NCBI GenBank assembly: GCA_964551725.1 | Contig: CAZKED010000001.1 | Location: 1-64,000 of the forward strand | Source of the DNA: an uncultured archaeon | Lineage (GTDB): Archaea > Iainarchaeota > Iainarchaeia > Iainarchaeales > DTGL01 | Direction of reading: 5' to 3' | Length of the DNA stretch: 64,000 bases | Part shown: positions 1-9,261 of the stretch, one piece after another | How positions within the stretch are numbered: the first letter of the stretch is position 1 | Layout: each line of letters begins with the position of its first letter | Notes under the pieces: generated by a model | What the model saw: only the letters and a program-made list of their open reading frames with translations | Database searches by the model: none | Told to the model about the DNA's origin: nothing | Translations under genes and position numbers: made by a program

Positions 1-289
1 CGACAGTGCATAAATCCTCGGAACCCGCTCTGATGCTTTCTATTTCGCAAACGATGTTTCCCTCCGTGTCAAAAACCTCAACATTTTCCAAATCGGCTCT
101 TGGGGAAACCGTGATTACTTTTTCATAGCAATGGGAGTAGAAGCTTTCCTGCTGGTAACTGTTAAAAGCCATTAAGGAAAAAACGGTGAAAGAGATGCCC
201 AGGAGGGCAATTATCATAAGGGCAAGCCCGCCCATGAACACGCCGACCTTGAAAAGGTCCACTCCGTTCCTTTCCCTGCGTTTCTCCAT
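1..289 (-). CDS. Membrane-anchored hypothetical protein (runs off the window edge)
   Basis: Manual translation from ATG at 289: MEKRRERNGVDLFKVGVFMGGLALMIIALLGISFTVFSLMAF...; basic N-terminus, one TM helix, frame open to position 1. Not in the ORF track. Confidence 0.7.
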   Translation of the reverse strand, partial: MEKRRERNGVDLFKVGVFMGGLALMIIALLGISFTVFSLMAFNSYQQESFYSHCYEKVITVSPRADLENVEVFDTEGNIVCEIESIRAGSEDLCTV

Positions 290-327
290 TAAAAAATTGC
301 ACTTGCGCCGTATAAATAATTAATGGT

Positions 328-1698
328 TCAATTCTCGACAGGCTCGAACCACGCAGTGAAATGCCTCAGCGGGCCGTCGCCTTTCACTATCCTGTACCCT
401 TTCACGGAATCCTTCCTTTCCTTTATTTTCCTGTGCGCCTCTATAACGTAATCCATGTGGGAATTGGTGTAAACCCTGCGCGGGATTGCAAGGCGCGTGA
501 GTTCCAGTTCGGGGTAATGCATTTTTCCCTTATCGTCTTTCTCGGCGAACATAATGCTGCCGATTTCGCAGGCGCGGATTCCCGCTTCCCTGTAGAGTTC
601 AACAGCCAATGCCTGCCCCGGGAACTCGGACTGTGGGATTTGGGACAGCAGGGTTTTCGCCTCAACGTAAACCGCGTGGCCGCCCGGCGGCCAGACAACG
701 GGAATTCCGGCTTTTTTCAGCCCTTCAGCCAAATAACGAGTCTGGGCGGTCCTGCCCTGCAGATAATCCCCGTCCAGCCCTTCCAGAATGCCGCGAGCCA
801 TTGCTTCCAAATCCCTGCCGGCAAGACCGCCGTACGTGGGAAAGCCCTCCATCAGAACCAGGCGCGCCCTGCATTTCTCGAACCACGCTGAGTCATTCAT
901 TGCGAGTATTCCGCCAATGTTCGTAATAGCGTCCTTTTTGCCCGAGAACGTGCAGCCGTCCGCGTAAGAGAACATTTCCCCCGCAATCTCCATGGGGGTT
1001 TTGTCAGAGTAACCCTTCTCACGGGTTTTAATAAAATAGGAATTTTCCGCGTAACGGCACGCGTCAATGAAAAAAGGCTTTTTGTAACCGTGCGCTATTT
1101 CGCTGATTCTGCGAATGTTTTCCATTGAAACCGGCTGGCCTCCGCCGCTGTTGTTGGTCACAGTAACCATTACAAGGGGCACGCTGTCAGCGTTTTCTGA
1201 AAGAAAGGATTCCAGCTTTTTCGCATCCATGTTTCCCTTGAAGGGCTTGTCTTCAAAGGGCTTTAATGCTTCAGCGCAGGGAAGGTTGACCGCCTTTCCT
1301 CCGTTGGCCATTATGTTGGCGCGCGTAGTATCGAAATGCATGTTATTCGGAACCAGCATTCCCGGCTTTACTATCGCGGAGAACAGCACGTTTTCCGCTG
1401 CCCTGCCCTGGTGGCAGGGCATGAAATGCCTGAAGCCGAAAACTTTGTGGACAGCATTCTCCAGATTCTGGAAGTTCCTGCAGTTCGCGTACGCTTCGTC
1501 GCCGAGCATTATGCCGGCCCACTGCTCCTGGCTCATGGCACCGGTTCCCGAATCGGTGAGCAAATCGACGAAAATGTCCTGGGAGCGCACGTTGAAAATA
1601 TTGTAGTGCGCTTCCTTTATTCGCTGCTCCCGCTCAGGGCGGGAAAGCAGTCTGACCGGCTCCACCATTTTGATTCTGTAGGGTTCGGCCATTTTCAT
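328..1698 (-). CDS. tnaA: Tryptophanase (PLP-dependent beta-eliminating lyase)
   Basis: EPYRIKMVE, DLLTDSGT, GDEAY, HQGRAAE, SGKKD (PLP Lys), GFPTYGGLAGRD, RLAIPRRVYT. HFDTT, CEIGS and LRHFTA are tryptophanase-type rather than tyrosine phenol-lyase-type (FTTT, MERG, LRFFTA). Confidence 0.9.
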   Translation of the reverse strand: MKMAEPYRIKMVEPVRLLSRPEREQRIKEAHYNIFNVRSQDIFVDLLTDSGTGAMSQEQWAGIMLGDEAYANCRNFQNLENAVHKVFGFRHFMPCHQGRAAENVLFSAIVKPGMLVPNNMHFDTTRANIMANGGKAVNLPCAEALKPFEDKPFKGNMDAKKLESFLSENADSVPLVMVTVTNNSGGGQPVSMENIRRISEIAHGYKKPFFIDACRYAENSYFIKTREKGYSDKTPMEIAGEMFSYADGCTFSGKKDAITNIGGILAMNDSAWFEKCRARLVLMEGFPTYGGLAGRDLEAMARGILEGLDGDYLQGRTAQTRYLAEGLKKAGIPVVWPPGGHAVYVEAKTLLSQIPQSEFPGQALAVELYREAGIRACEIGSIMFAEKDDKGKMHYPELELTRLAIPRRVYTNSHMDYVIEAHRKIKERKDSVKGYRIVKGDGPLRHFTAWFEPVEN

Positions 1699-2255
1699 TC
1701 CCCCTTTGCAGAAAAGCGCTTTACTGCCTCAAGCAAATTTTCCACGAGCGGGGGCAACCTTTCAAGGCAGTCCTTTTTCTTGAGAATTTCCTCCGATCGC
1801 TCCTGTCCCAGGAGGTATACAATGTCAAGCGTTCTTATTCCGAGCGCGTGGAAATAATTACGAATGCATTCCGCGTTGTGCTCTATTCCACCGCCCAAGG
1901 GCGAGGCGCCGATGGAGACAATGCCCGCAAATTTTTTTGAAAACTCTGACTGCTGTCCGAAGTAGACGTCCGTCCTGTCCATAAAATTCTTCATTATTCC
2001 CGGGGGCATTCCGAAATAACTGGGAGCGACAAAAAGGTAGGCATCCGCAGCCCTGAATTTTTCAAGCAGCGCGGGCATGTCATCCTTTGCATTTTCATGG
2101 CCTTCGCGCCAGGGCGCAATGTTCTTCTCACGCAGCAAAACAAGTTCAACCTGCGCCCTTCCCTCCAATAGTTCCTGTAACCTCCGCGCGACATGCTCAG
2201 AATTCCCCCTGCGCGGGCTGCCGCAGACAATTATCACCTTTCCTTCCAAGGGCAT
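1695..2255 (-). CDS. Flavodoxin-like / NADPH-dependent FMN reductase family protein
   Basis: GSPRRGNS FMN phosphate loop, DDM, APSYFG..PGIMKNFMDR. Start moved to ATG 2255 because the longer ORF overlaps the tRNA. Stop overlaps the tnaA start. Confidence 0.85.
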   Translation of the reverse strand: MPLEGKVIIVCGSPRRGNSEHVARRLQELLEGRAQVELVLLREKNIAPWREGHENAKDDMPALLEKFRAADAYLFVAPSYFGMPPGIMKNFMDRTDVYFGQQSEFSKKFAGIVSIGASPLGGGIEHNAECIRNYFHALGIRTLDIVYLLGQERSEEILKKKDCLERLPPLVENLLEAVKRFSAKGE

Positions 2256-2353
2256 GGAATAATGGTTATTGAAAAACAATAAAAAACAGTGCCCTGTTAA
2301 ATAATTATTCGGGCAAACGGTTTGCAAATGTAAGGAATAAAATAGGTCAGCAT

Positions 2354-2479
2354 GGGGCTGTGGTGTAGCCTGGTCCAGCATACCAGCTTCGGGAATCAGA
2401 ACCCCGGCGGGTTCCCATACTTCCGGCAACCAGACGATCGAAACAGCTGGCGACTCGAGTTCAAATCTCGACAGCCCCG
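2354..2479 (+). tRNA. tRNA-Pro(CGG) with a 51-nt intron (2394-2444) at canonical position 37/38
   Basis: Acceptor GGGGCTG/CAGCCCC; anticodon stem CCAGC/GCTGG with loop TT-CGG-G|A; T arm TCGAG-TTCAAAT-CTCGA; BHB formed by the TTCG/CGAA helix and bulges GG|A and AC|A; CCA not encoded. Confidence 0.93.
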
Positions 2480-2484
2480 CTCTG

Positions 2485-2511
2485 CCCTTTCTTTTTAGAA
2501 AAAAGAAAGGG
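2485..2511. terminator. 12-bp inverted repeat with T/A tracts; probable bidirectional terminator
   Basis: CCCTTTCTTTTT-AGA-AAAAAGAAAGGG between the convergent tRNA and zinc-ribbon gene. Confidence 0.55.
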
Positions 2512-2564
2512 TAACTGCCCAAAGAAAAACAGTTTGAAGTCGCAAAATAATAATCGTAGGCCCT

Positions 2565-2738
2565 TTACTGTTCTTTAGTGTAGAATTCGAGTCTGCCGCA
2601 TTTTCTGCATTTGTAAATGTAGATTGTTTCGGCTTTTTCCAGCAGTTCCCCGGACACGAACATTGACAGCACAGGATAGTCCGCAAGCGCGAATTCCTGC
2701 AATATTTCCATTTCGCCTCCGCATTTTCCGCATTTCAT
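2565..2738 (-). CDS. 57-aa zinc-ribbon protein
   Basis: MKCGKCGGEMEILQEFALADYPVLSMFVSGELLEKAETIYIYKCRKCGRLEFYTKEQ*: two CxxCG knuckles; ATG overlaps the upstream TGA (TGATG). Below the ORF-track length cut-off. Confidence 0.85.
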   Translation of the reverse strand: MKCGKCGGEMEILQEFALADYPVLSMFVSGELLEKAETIYIYKCRKCGRLEFYTKEQ

Positions 2739-3328
2739 CACAAAGCCCCCAGCAGCGTGGACAAAAGCATTGCAATTATCCCCGCAAAAACCATTTTAGC
2801 GCCCATGAGCCAAATGGATTGCTCGGAAATCCTGCCGAGAAATATTCCGAGAAAGAAAAGCAGAACAAGGGCGATTCCCACTGCGGCATAAACCGCGGTA
2901 ATAAGCGAGATTACGGAGAAATGCGCGAGAATAAAGGGCGAGGTTATAAGCAATGCCATTATGAAGGGGGAAGCGCCGTTCACGAGCGCTGCCTCTATTG
3001 CGAGAGTTTTTGTCGCCCGACCCAGTCTCGACTTTTTGAGGGAATGCAGCATTCCCTTTTCAAGTTCGTGCAATTCGCGCTCCCTTTCCGCTCCCTCGGC
3101 AAGGTATGCCGAGGAAAATCCCGAAATGAAAAGGGCGAATGCCGTGGACAGGGCAGTTACAAGGAATATTTTTGGTTCCTGCGCCTGAGCCATAAAGGCG
3201 CCCATTATTACACCGAGCGATGTAAGAGTGCCGTCAAAGGCGTTCATGGCAAAATATCTGCGCAATATTTCCCCTATGTTTGTCATTTTGTTTATTTTGC
3301 GGATTTCTGAGAAAAAACGGAGAGCCAT
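2738..3328 (-). CDS. VIT1/CCC1-like membrane protein (TIGR00267-type)
   Basis: RRYFAMNAFDGTLTSLG, SAYLAEGAER, about 5 TM helices; typical archaeal partner of DUF211. Confidence 0.8.
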   Translation of the reverse strand: MALRFFSEIRKINKMTNIGEILRRYFAMNAFDGTLTSLGVIMGAFMAQAQEPKIFLVTALSTAFALFISGFSSAYLAEGAERERELHELEKGMLHSLKKSRLGRATKTLAIEAALVNGASPFIMALLITSPFILAHFSVISLITAVYAAVGIALVLLFFLGIFLGRISEQSIWLMGAKMVFAGIIAMLLSTLLGAL

Positions 3329-3332
3329 TCGC

Positions 3333-3647
3333 TTACCTCAACGAGGGATTCCTGGGCAGGTATTCGGCTTCTTCCACTATTTTGGGCCCCTTTTTGCCGG
3401 CTGAAACCTTGTCAACGCTGTGGATTGTGCCGCCGTTGTCTTCAACCAGTGCGTTCAGTTTTTCGAAGTTGATGTCAGAGCCCTCAACCGTAATCTTTAC
3501 ATTCTCGACCTTTTTGTCTATTTCAATGAGGGTTATATTGCAGCCCGTTATGCCGGGGAGGGTGGAGATTTCCCTGCTCAAAGCAACTATTCCCGGCTTG
3601 TGGGGCTTGAGCACATCCAACACAAGCCTTCTTATATGCACAGACAT
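3333..3647 (-). CDS. DUF211 family protein
   Basis: IRRLVLDVLKPH, IEID..VENVKITVEG, GGTIHSVD.V.AG. Confidence 0.9.
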   Translation of the reverse strand: MSVHIRRLVLDVLKPHKPGIVALSREISTLPGITGCNITLIEIDKKVENVKITVEGSDINFEKLNALVEDNGGTIHSVDKVSAGKKGPKIVEEAEYLPRNPSLR

Positions 3648-3750
3648 GTTGTACTAAAAAGGCGGCAAATGAATTTAAACCTTTTCAGGGGGAACAAAAG
3701 CAAAAACCCGCGGGGAAAGCATTAAATTTTCCTTTAAGGATATAATTCCT

Positions 3751-5286
3751 ATGCCGACTTCAACCGCTGCAGGGAAAAGGAGGAAAAGAAAGACTAGGCC
3801 CGCGGGAAGAGCAATTCATGGAACGGTTTTTACAGCGCAGGAAGTACTGCGGGTTTCAAACAGGGAAGTATTGAACAGGCTTGCCAATTTGCATGCCGGA
3901 ATCGGGGCAAGGGGCCAGCCCTTGCAGCCTCAAAGCAGGCGGCATGTAATATTTCCGGTTCCGAATGAAAGTGTGAGAAGGCACCGCGGACCAATAGCGC
4001 GGAGGAGGGAACACTTATATGTTCCGTTGAGGCTGCCTTCAAACACTCCCAGAGGAATACATCACAGGTCTGATTACACGGGGTTAATTTACTTGGTAAA
4101 AATAGGGAACAAGCACGTTTTTTCAAAAGGCCTTGGAATAAGGGATGCACAGGAAAATACCGAATCCAAGAGAAAGATTAACGGCGTGAGAGTGCCGTTT
4201 TTTTGGCGGAGAGGTGCAGAGTACAACACCCAAAGACTTCGCGGAGGGGCGAGAAGGAGTTTTCAGGAAAGGTCAATGGACATGGCTGAAGCCCTAAGGG
4301 AACAATTCCAGGAAATGCTTGCAAAGGGAGACGAAACCCTCGCGGTTCTGACCAGAATGGGGATAAACGAAGCGCCAACGCTTGACCCGATTGTTTTGAC
4401 AAAACCGCTGCAAATGCCAATAGAGTACACCGAAAGAGACCACTACAGGATGGAAACAATGCCATTCATTCCAATAGAGCCAAAATTAGTGAAGGAGAAG
4501 GAAAGGAGAAGGCGGGAAGCATTCCGAAAGCGCCTTACCAAAAGAGAAAGGACTGTTTTCGACTTCCTTTATTCTGGAGAAGTTGAAAGAGGCGGAAGAG
4601 AAAGGAATGTCAAAATGAAGGTTTCAAAAATCGGAAGGCACACTAATATCCCCCGCAGAATCCAAAGGCAGCAGGTTGTTTTCAGTTACGCTGTCCGCTC
4701 GGCATTTAGGCTCAGTGAGACAGGAGCTCCACTTGCATCAATTAAAGCAGAGGCTTTTTCTCCGAACAGCCCTCTTTACCCGAAGAGCAGGGAGGTTAAA
4801 GCATACCATGACCTATTCAGCCAGCACGGCTTTGTATTGACTGCCGTGAAAAATAAGCACAGACAATACCGATTGAAAGTAACAAGAAAAAGGAGGAGGG
4901 CAGAAATTTCAATGGAAAAAGCAACTAAAGAAATTATAAAGCAATTCGCCGCAAAGCTGGGCCTGAACCTATACCTAATGCATGAAGGGCTCGGTGGAAC
5001 ATTCACCCAGATTTCAAAAAAACGGGGAAAAGACGACGCAGTGATTTCAAGCCTTTCCGACTTGAACATTACAATGGCCGGCGAAGTCGTGGACCTTGAC
5101 ACTGCGATGCTTGGTCGTGAAAGTGGAAAGAAACTGCAGGAAGAACAAAAAGAAGACATTGGCTTTGCGGAAAAAGCAATTGAAAAACTTGTGGACATGC
5201 TGGCGGAAAACGAGGAACACAGGAAAAGACTGCATTGGGCAGGGACCCAAATATTATACGCTGTCCGCAAGGGAATGATACGGTAG
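3751..5286 (+). CDS. Very basic hypothetical protein, possible SelO/kinase-like fold
   Basis: 511-aa ORF with BRE/TATA (GAAAGCATTAAAT) about 25 nt upstream, so probably leaderless; motifs FSKGLG, AVRSAFRL, MH...NITMAGEVVDLD. Confidence 0.7.
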   Translation: MPTSTAAGKRRKRKTRPAGRAIHGTVFTAQEVLRVSNREVLNRLANLHAGIGARGQPLQPQSRRHVIFPVPNESVRRHRGPIARRREHLYVPLRLPSNTPRGIHHRSDYTGLIYLVKIGNKHVFSKGLGIRDAQENTESKRKINGVRVPFFWRRGAEYNTQRLRGGARRSFQERSMDMAEALREQFQEMLAKGDETLAVLTRMGINEAPTLDPIVLTKPLQMPIEYTERDHYRMETMPFIPIEPKLVKEKERRRREAFRKRLTKRERTVFDFLYSGEVERGGRERNVKMKVSKIGRHTNIPRRIQRQQVVFSYAVRSAFRLSETGAPLASIKAEAFSPNSPLYPKSREVKAYHDLFSQHGFVLTAVKNKHRQYRLKVTRKRRRAEISMEKATKEIIKQFAAKLGLNLYLMHEGLGGTFTQISKKRGKDDAVISSLSDLNITMAGEVVDLDTAMLGRESGKKLQEEQKEDIGFAEKAIEKLVDMLAENEEHRKRLHWAGTQILYAVRKGMIR

Positions 5287-5365
5287 AACAGCAAAAACAG
5301 GGAGCGGTAGGGCTCACTAAGAATGGAGTTCCGCAAACTTTAAAAATTCCTGCTTCCTACTTGGT

Positions 5366-7075
5366 TTGGTGCTTGGGTTGAAGGGAAAAAGCCTGCTCAA
5401 ACGGGTGTCGGGCAAAATGACGGGCGAATTTTACACTCCGATTCCGCGCGGCTACAGGTGCGGCAGGACAAAATACGTCATTGTCACGGGCTCGGTCATG
5501 AGCGGACTGGGAAAAGGCACGCTGACAAGCTCGTTGTGCAAACTGTTCGCTGACCGCGGCTTGGACGTTGAACCCATAAAACTGGAGGCATACCTGAACG
5601 TTGACGCCGGAACGCTCAACCCTTTCAGGCACGGCGAGGTATTCGTGCTTGATGATGGAACGGAATGCGATATGGACCTGGGCTCTTACGAGAGGTTTGT
5701 GGACAAAAACCTCGGCGGGGAAAACTTCGTTACAAGCGGTAAAATTTATCAGCAGATAATCGAAAAGGAGAGAAAGGGCGGCTACCTGGGACGGGATGTT
5801 CAATTCATTCCGCACGTCACAGGGGAAATCAAAAAAGTGCTCCGGGACCTCGCTGTCAAAAAAAAGCCCGACGTGATAGTAATCGAAATAGGCGGCACTG
5901 TCGGAGACTACGAAAACATGTTCGCGCTGGAAGCAATGCGCGAACTAATGTTTGAGGAAGGCGCCGGAAATTCCTGCTTTCTGAACGTTACATACATCAT
6001 TGAACCGCCGAGCCTCGAGGAATTCAAAAGCAAAGCCGCGCAGCTCGGCATAAGAAGGCTTGCAAGCATGGGCATCCAGCCGGACATAATAATCTGCCGG
6101 TCGCATTCCCCGGTTCCTAAAACCGTGAGGGAGAAAATAAGCATTAACAGCAGTGTGCCAATGGAACACGTTATCGGAGTGGAGGACATAGGCAAAATAT
6201 TTGAACTGCCCCTTGTCCTGAGAAAAAGGGGAGTGGACAAAAAAATACTGGGCATAATAGAACTGGGCAAAAAAGCAAAAAGCAACGGCAACAAAAGACT
6301 GAGAGAATGGACGAAAAAGAACCGCGTTTCCGGAAAAGGGAAAATGCTCAAAATCGGTCTGGCGGGAAAATACACGGGAGTGCACGATTCCTACATAAGC
6401 ATTCTCAAGGCGCTTGAGCACTGCGAAGGAACACTGAACGTGAAAGTGGACATTGAATGGATTGAGACAACAAAACTGGAAAAAAAGCCCCAAAAGCTTA
6501 AGGAACTTAAAAAGCTTGACGGAATAATAATCCCGGGCGGCTTCGGAAAACGCGGTTCGGAGGGAAAAATTGCTGTAGCCGGATACTGCAGGAAAAACAA
6601 CATCCCCTACCTGGGCTTGTGCCTCGGGTTCGAGGTCGCGGTAATCTCCTTTGCAAGGGACAGGTGCGGGCTGAAGAATGCCAACAGCACGGAATTCCAG
6701 CACAACTGCAGGCAGCCGGTCATTGATTTGCTGCCCGAACAATTGCAGATTGAAACAATGGGCGGCAACATGCGGTTGGGGGGACAGGACGTTGAGCTTG
6801 TTCCTGGCACGAAAGCGTGGGAAATCCACGGAAAAAAGAAAAAAATTCGCAGGAGGTTCAGGCACCGCTGGGAATGCAATCCGGAATTCATTTCCGTTCT
6901 TGAAAAAAAGGGAATGGTTTTTTCGGGCAGGTATCCAAAAAAACCCATAATGCAGTTGCTCGAACTGCCGGGGCACAAATTCTACATGGCATCGCAGTTC
7001 CACCCCGAATTCACTTCCCGCCCCTTAAAGCCGGACCCTTTGTTCCTGAACTTCATTAAAGCGGCAAGAGGGTGA
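5366..7075 (+). CDS. pyrG: CTP synthase
   Basis: KYVIVTGSVMSGLGKG, YLNVDAGTLNPFRHGEVFV, DMDLGSYERF, PGGFG, LGLCLG, RHRWE, QFHPEF. True start may be ATG 5417. Confidence 0.97.
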   Translation: MVLGLKGKSLLKRVSGKMTGEFYTPIPRGYRCGRTKYVIVTGSVMSGLGKGTLTSSLCKLFADRGLDVEPIKLEAYLNVDAGTLNPFRHGEVFVLDDGTECDMDLGSYERFVDKNLGGENFVTSGKIYQQIIEKERKGGYLGRDVQFIPHVTGEIKKVLRDLAVKKKPDVIVIEIGGTVGDYENMFALEAMRELMFEEGAGNSCFLNVTYIIEPPSLEEFKSKAAQLGIRRLASMGIQPDIIICRSHSPVPKTVREKISINSSVPMEHVIGVEDIGKIFELPLVLRKRGVDKKILGIIELGKKAKSNGNKRLREWTKKNRVSGKGKMLKIGLAGKYTGVHDSYISILKALEHCEGTLNVKVDIEWIETTKLEKKPQKLKELKKLDGIIIPGGFGKRGSEGKIAVAGYCRKNNIPYLGLCLGFEVAVISFARDRCGLKNANSTEFQHNCRQPVIDLLPEQLQIETMGGNMRLGGQDVELVPGTKAWEIHGKKKKIRRRFRHRWECNPEFISVLEKKGMVFSGRYPKKPIMQLLELPGHKFYMASQFHPEFTSRPLKPDPLFLNFIKAARG

Positions 7076-7079
7076 ATTC

Positions 7080-7733
7080 TTGCTCGGAAAGCTCAGGAAA
7101 AAAATCAAGCCCATGCTGTTTTTCCTCGCAAAGCCTTTCGCTGCACTCGGAGTGCACCCCAATGCCGTAACACTGCTCGGGATTCCCTTCGCGCTTGCCG
7201 CAGCGTACTTCATTTTCCAACAGCAGTACCTGAACGCGTTCTTTTTCGTTATTCTCGCCGTGCTCATGGACTTAATTGACGGGAGCGTTGCCGGGCTCAG
7301 CGGAAAGCGCTCCTATTTCGGAAACTACTTCGAGACCATGGTCGACAAGTACGTTGAATTCATTGTTTTTTCCGGCTTTGTGTTCGCGTTTCCCCTGGAA
7401 ACAGTGCTTTTGGTGGGATTGTCGCTCATTGAAAGCTATGCGAAGCCAAGGGTTGCTTTAGTGATTATCGCGGACAACAGGGACTGGCCGGCTCTGGGCG
7501 AGCATGCGGACAAGTTCGCGTTATTGCTCGCGGGGCTTTTTGTTTCGGCTTTTTTTCCGGCGGCATTCGGCTACGAAACAATGAGGCTTTTCCTCCTTTT
7601 GCTGATTCTCGTGGTTTTTGTTGGAGGAATCCAGAGAATCCTTTACGCGCGCAAACTAATACGCGAGGCGCAGAAGAAGGGCAGGATACTGCCATATCTT
7701 AAAAAGGGTTTGGGGCACAAACCTGTAAAATAG
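7080..7733 (+). CDS. CDP-alcohol phosphatidyltransferase family protein
   Basis: HPNAVT, DLIDGSVA...FGNYFETMVDKYVE (variant of D-x2-DG-x2-A-x9-G-x3-D-x3-D); multiple TM helices. Confidence 0.88.
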   Translation: MLGKLRKKIKPMLFFLAKPFAALGVHPNAVTLLGIPFALAAAYFIFQQQYLNAFFFVILAVLMDLIDGSVAGLSGKRSYFGNYFETMVDKYVEFIVFSGFVFAFPLETVLLVGLSLIESYAKPRVALVIIADNRDWPALGEHADKFALLLAGLFVSAFFPAAFGYETMRLFLLLLILVVFVGGIQRILYARKLIREAQKKGRILPYLKKGLGHKPVK

Positions 7734-7758
7734 CAAAAAAATGTTGGTCGGAGGTGTG

Positions 7759-8091
7759 ATGGAATTGGTTTCATTCAAGGAATTCCAGGCAATTGAAATA
7801 AAAGCCGCAAAGGTAAGCAACGTGGAGGAAATCGAGGGAAAGGACAAACTGTACAAAATGGGCATTGACCTGGGCTCGGAGAAAAGAACAATTGTGGCGG
7901 GAATAAAACCGTTTTACTCAAAGGAAGACCTCGTGGGAAAACTGATTGTTGTAATAGCCAACATGGATCCAGCCACGATTGCGGGAATTAAAAGCGAGGC
8001 AATGCTGCTGGCAGTTAAAAACAAGGACGGAGAATACTCGCTTATAACAGTGGACTCGGAAAACATCGAAGCAGGCGCGAAAGTGGAATAA
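7759..8091 (+). CDS. tRNA-binding OB-fold protein (MetRS C-terminal/Trbp111/CsaA-like)
   Basis: DKLY...IDLGSEKRTIVAGI, VVIANM.P..IAGIKSEAMLLA; SD GGAGGTG before ATG 7759. Confidence 0.88.
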   Translation: MELVSFKEFQAIEIKAAKVSNVEEIEGKDKLYKMGIDLGSEKRTIVAGIKPFYSKEDLVGKLIVVIANMDPATIAGIKSEAMLLAVKNKDGEYSLITVDSENIEAGAKVE

Positions 8092-8104
8092 TCTTCCCAC
8101 AATT

Positions 8105-9256
8105 TCAGCCCAGCATTGAAAGAGCGTAGGGCAGTGCAATAAAAGTGCCGAGCATTGAACCCGCGTTCGCGAATGCCGCAACAAGCAGAATGCGGGAAAC
8201 CCTGTTTCTGTAGAAACCGCGCAGCGTAAGGGAATCAAGCTCCTCAAAATCCTTCACTTTCGGCGCGCGGACTTTTGCTTCGACGATTCCGGCAAACCAG
8301 CCCGCGGCAAGAGCGGGATGCAGCGATGTAAGCGGCGCTGCCACAAATGCTGTAAGGACGGATTTCCAGTGACCCCCGCCCAAGAGCGCACCAAGCGCTG
8401 AAAGCGAGCCGTTGATTAAAATCCAGAGCCAGAGAATCTCAAGGGTGAGCTGCAAGCCGCGGTAGTAAAGCGCCAGGGCAATGATTGCGAGGAAGAATGC
8501 CGGAACCAAAAACTTTAGCCAGCGCATTTTGCTTTTTTTTCTCGGAACGCTGAGAAGGTGGAGAATGCTGCGCTTTTTGTCGAGGTATTTTTTTATTCCC
8601 TCCACGTGCCCCGCGCCAACCACGGCGACGATTTTTTTCCCTTTCGCGGCAAGAATGCGGTTTGCAATGAATAGATCGCGCTCATCAACCAAAACTTTTT
8701 TTAGCGAGGGCATTTCTCTTGCCAGTTCCTCCATCAACTCTGAGAGGACGTCCTTCTTCTTGAGTTCTTCGATTTTTTCCTTCGTTATTTTTTCCCCGAA
8801 CCCGAAAAGCGAGAGGAGAACACCGAACAAAAGCTTTATTTTTTCAACGAGCGAAATTTCGGCGAGGGCGCGGCGCAGCGTAACGGAAATGCTCCTGTCG
8901 AGCAGAGCCAAAGGAATGCCTTTTTCCGTCGCAATTTTCACCGCAACCCGCATTTCCTGCCCGGGTTCCACGCCGACGGCTTCCCCCAGGCGCTTTTGCA
9001 TGCCTGCGAGGAGCAAATTGAAGAGGAGAAGGTACACCCTGCCTTTTTTTATAACGCTCACTATGTCCGTTTCTTTCCACTTTCTTCCCGAAAGAATCTG
9101 GGCGAGTCTCTGCCTGTCCAATTCAACGCCTATTGCGTCAGGGGCTTCCTTTTCAATTGTTTTTTTCACAAGCTCGGAGGACTTTTTGCTTATGTGAGCT
9201 GTTCCCACAAGCACTATTTCCTTGCCCTCCGCCCTTATTTTTTCAGCGCGTTCCAT
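8105..9256 (-). CDS. TraB/GumN family protein with C-terminal TM region
   Basis: LVGTAHIS, GVELDRQR, PGQEM, LVDERD, VAVVGAGHVEGI, APLTSLHP..AAGWFAG. Start set at ATG 9256. Confidence 0.9.
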   Translation of the reverse strand: MERAEKIRAEGKEIVLVGTAHISKKSSELVKKTIEKEAPDAIGVELDRQRLAQILSGRKWKETDIVSVIKKGRVYLLLFNLLLAGMQKRLGEAVGVEPGQEMRVAVKIATEKGIPLALLDRSISVTLRRALAEISLVEKIKLLFGVLLSLFGFGEKITKEKIEELKKKDVLSELMEELAREMPSLKKVLVDERDLFIANRILAAKGKKIVAVVGAGHVEGIKKYLDKKRSILHLLSVPRKKSKMRWLKFLVPAFFLAIIALALYYRGLQLTLEILWLWILINGSLSALGALLGGGHWKSVLTAFVAAPLTSLHPALAAGWFAGIVEAKVRAPKVKDFEELDSLTLRGFYRNRVSRILLVAAFANAGSMLGTFIALPYALSMLG

Positions 9257-9261
9257 TTTTT

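Noticed and set aside
1-289. Pilin with a class III signal peptide
   Set aside because: The sequence after NG (VDLFK) is charged and does not fit the K/R-G/A-hydrophobic consensus well; the gene is truncated by the window.
328-1698. Tyrosine phenol-lyase
   Set aside because: The diagnostic residues (FDTT, EIG, LRHF) match tryptophanase.
2256-2522. 89-aa N-terminal extension of the flavodoxin ORF in the track
   Set aside because: It is the antisense of the tRNA gene and its promoter; family homology starts at MPLEGKVIIVCGSPR.
8105-9256. TraB as evidence of a conjugative element
   Set aside because: This is the TraB/PrgY/GumN family widespread in archaeal chromosomes; no relaxase, VirB4 or coupling protein is nearby.
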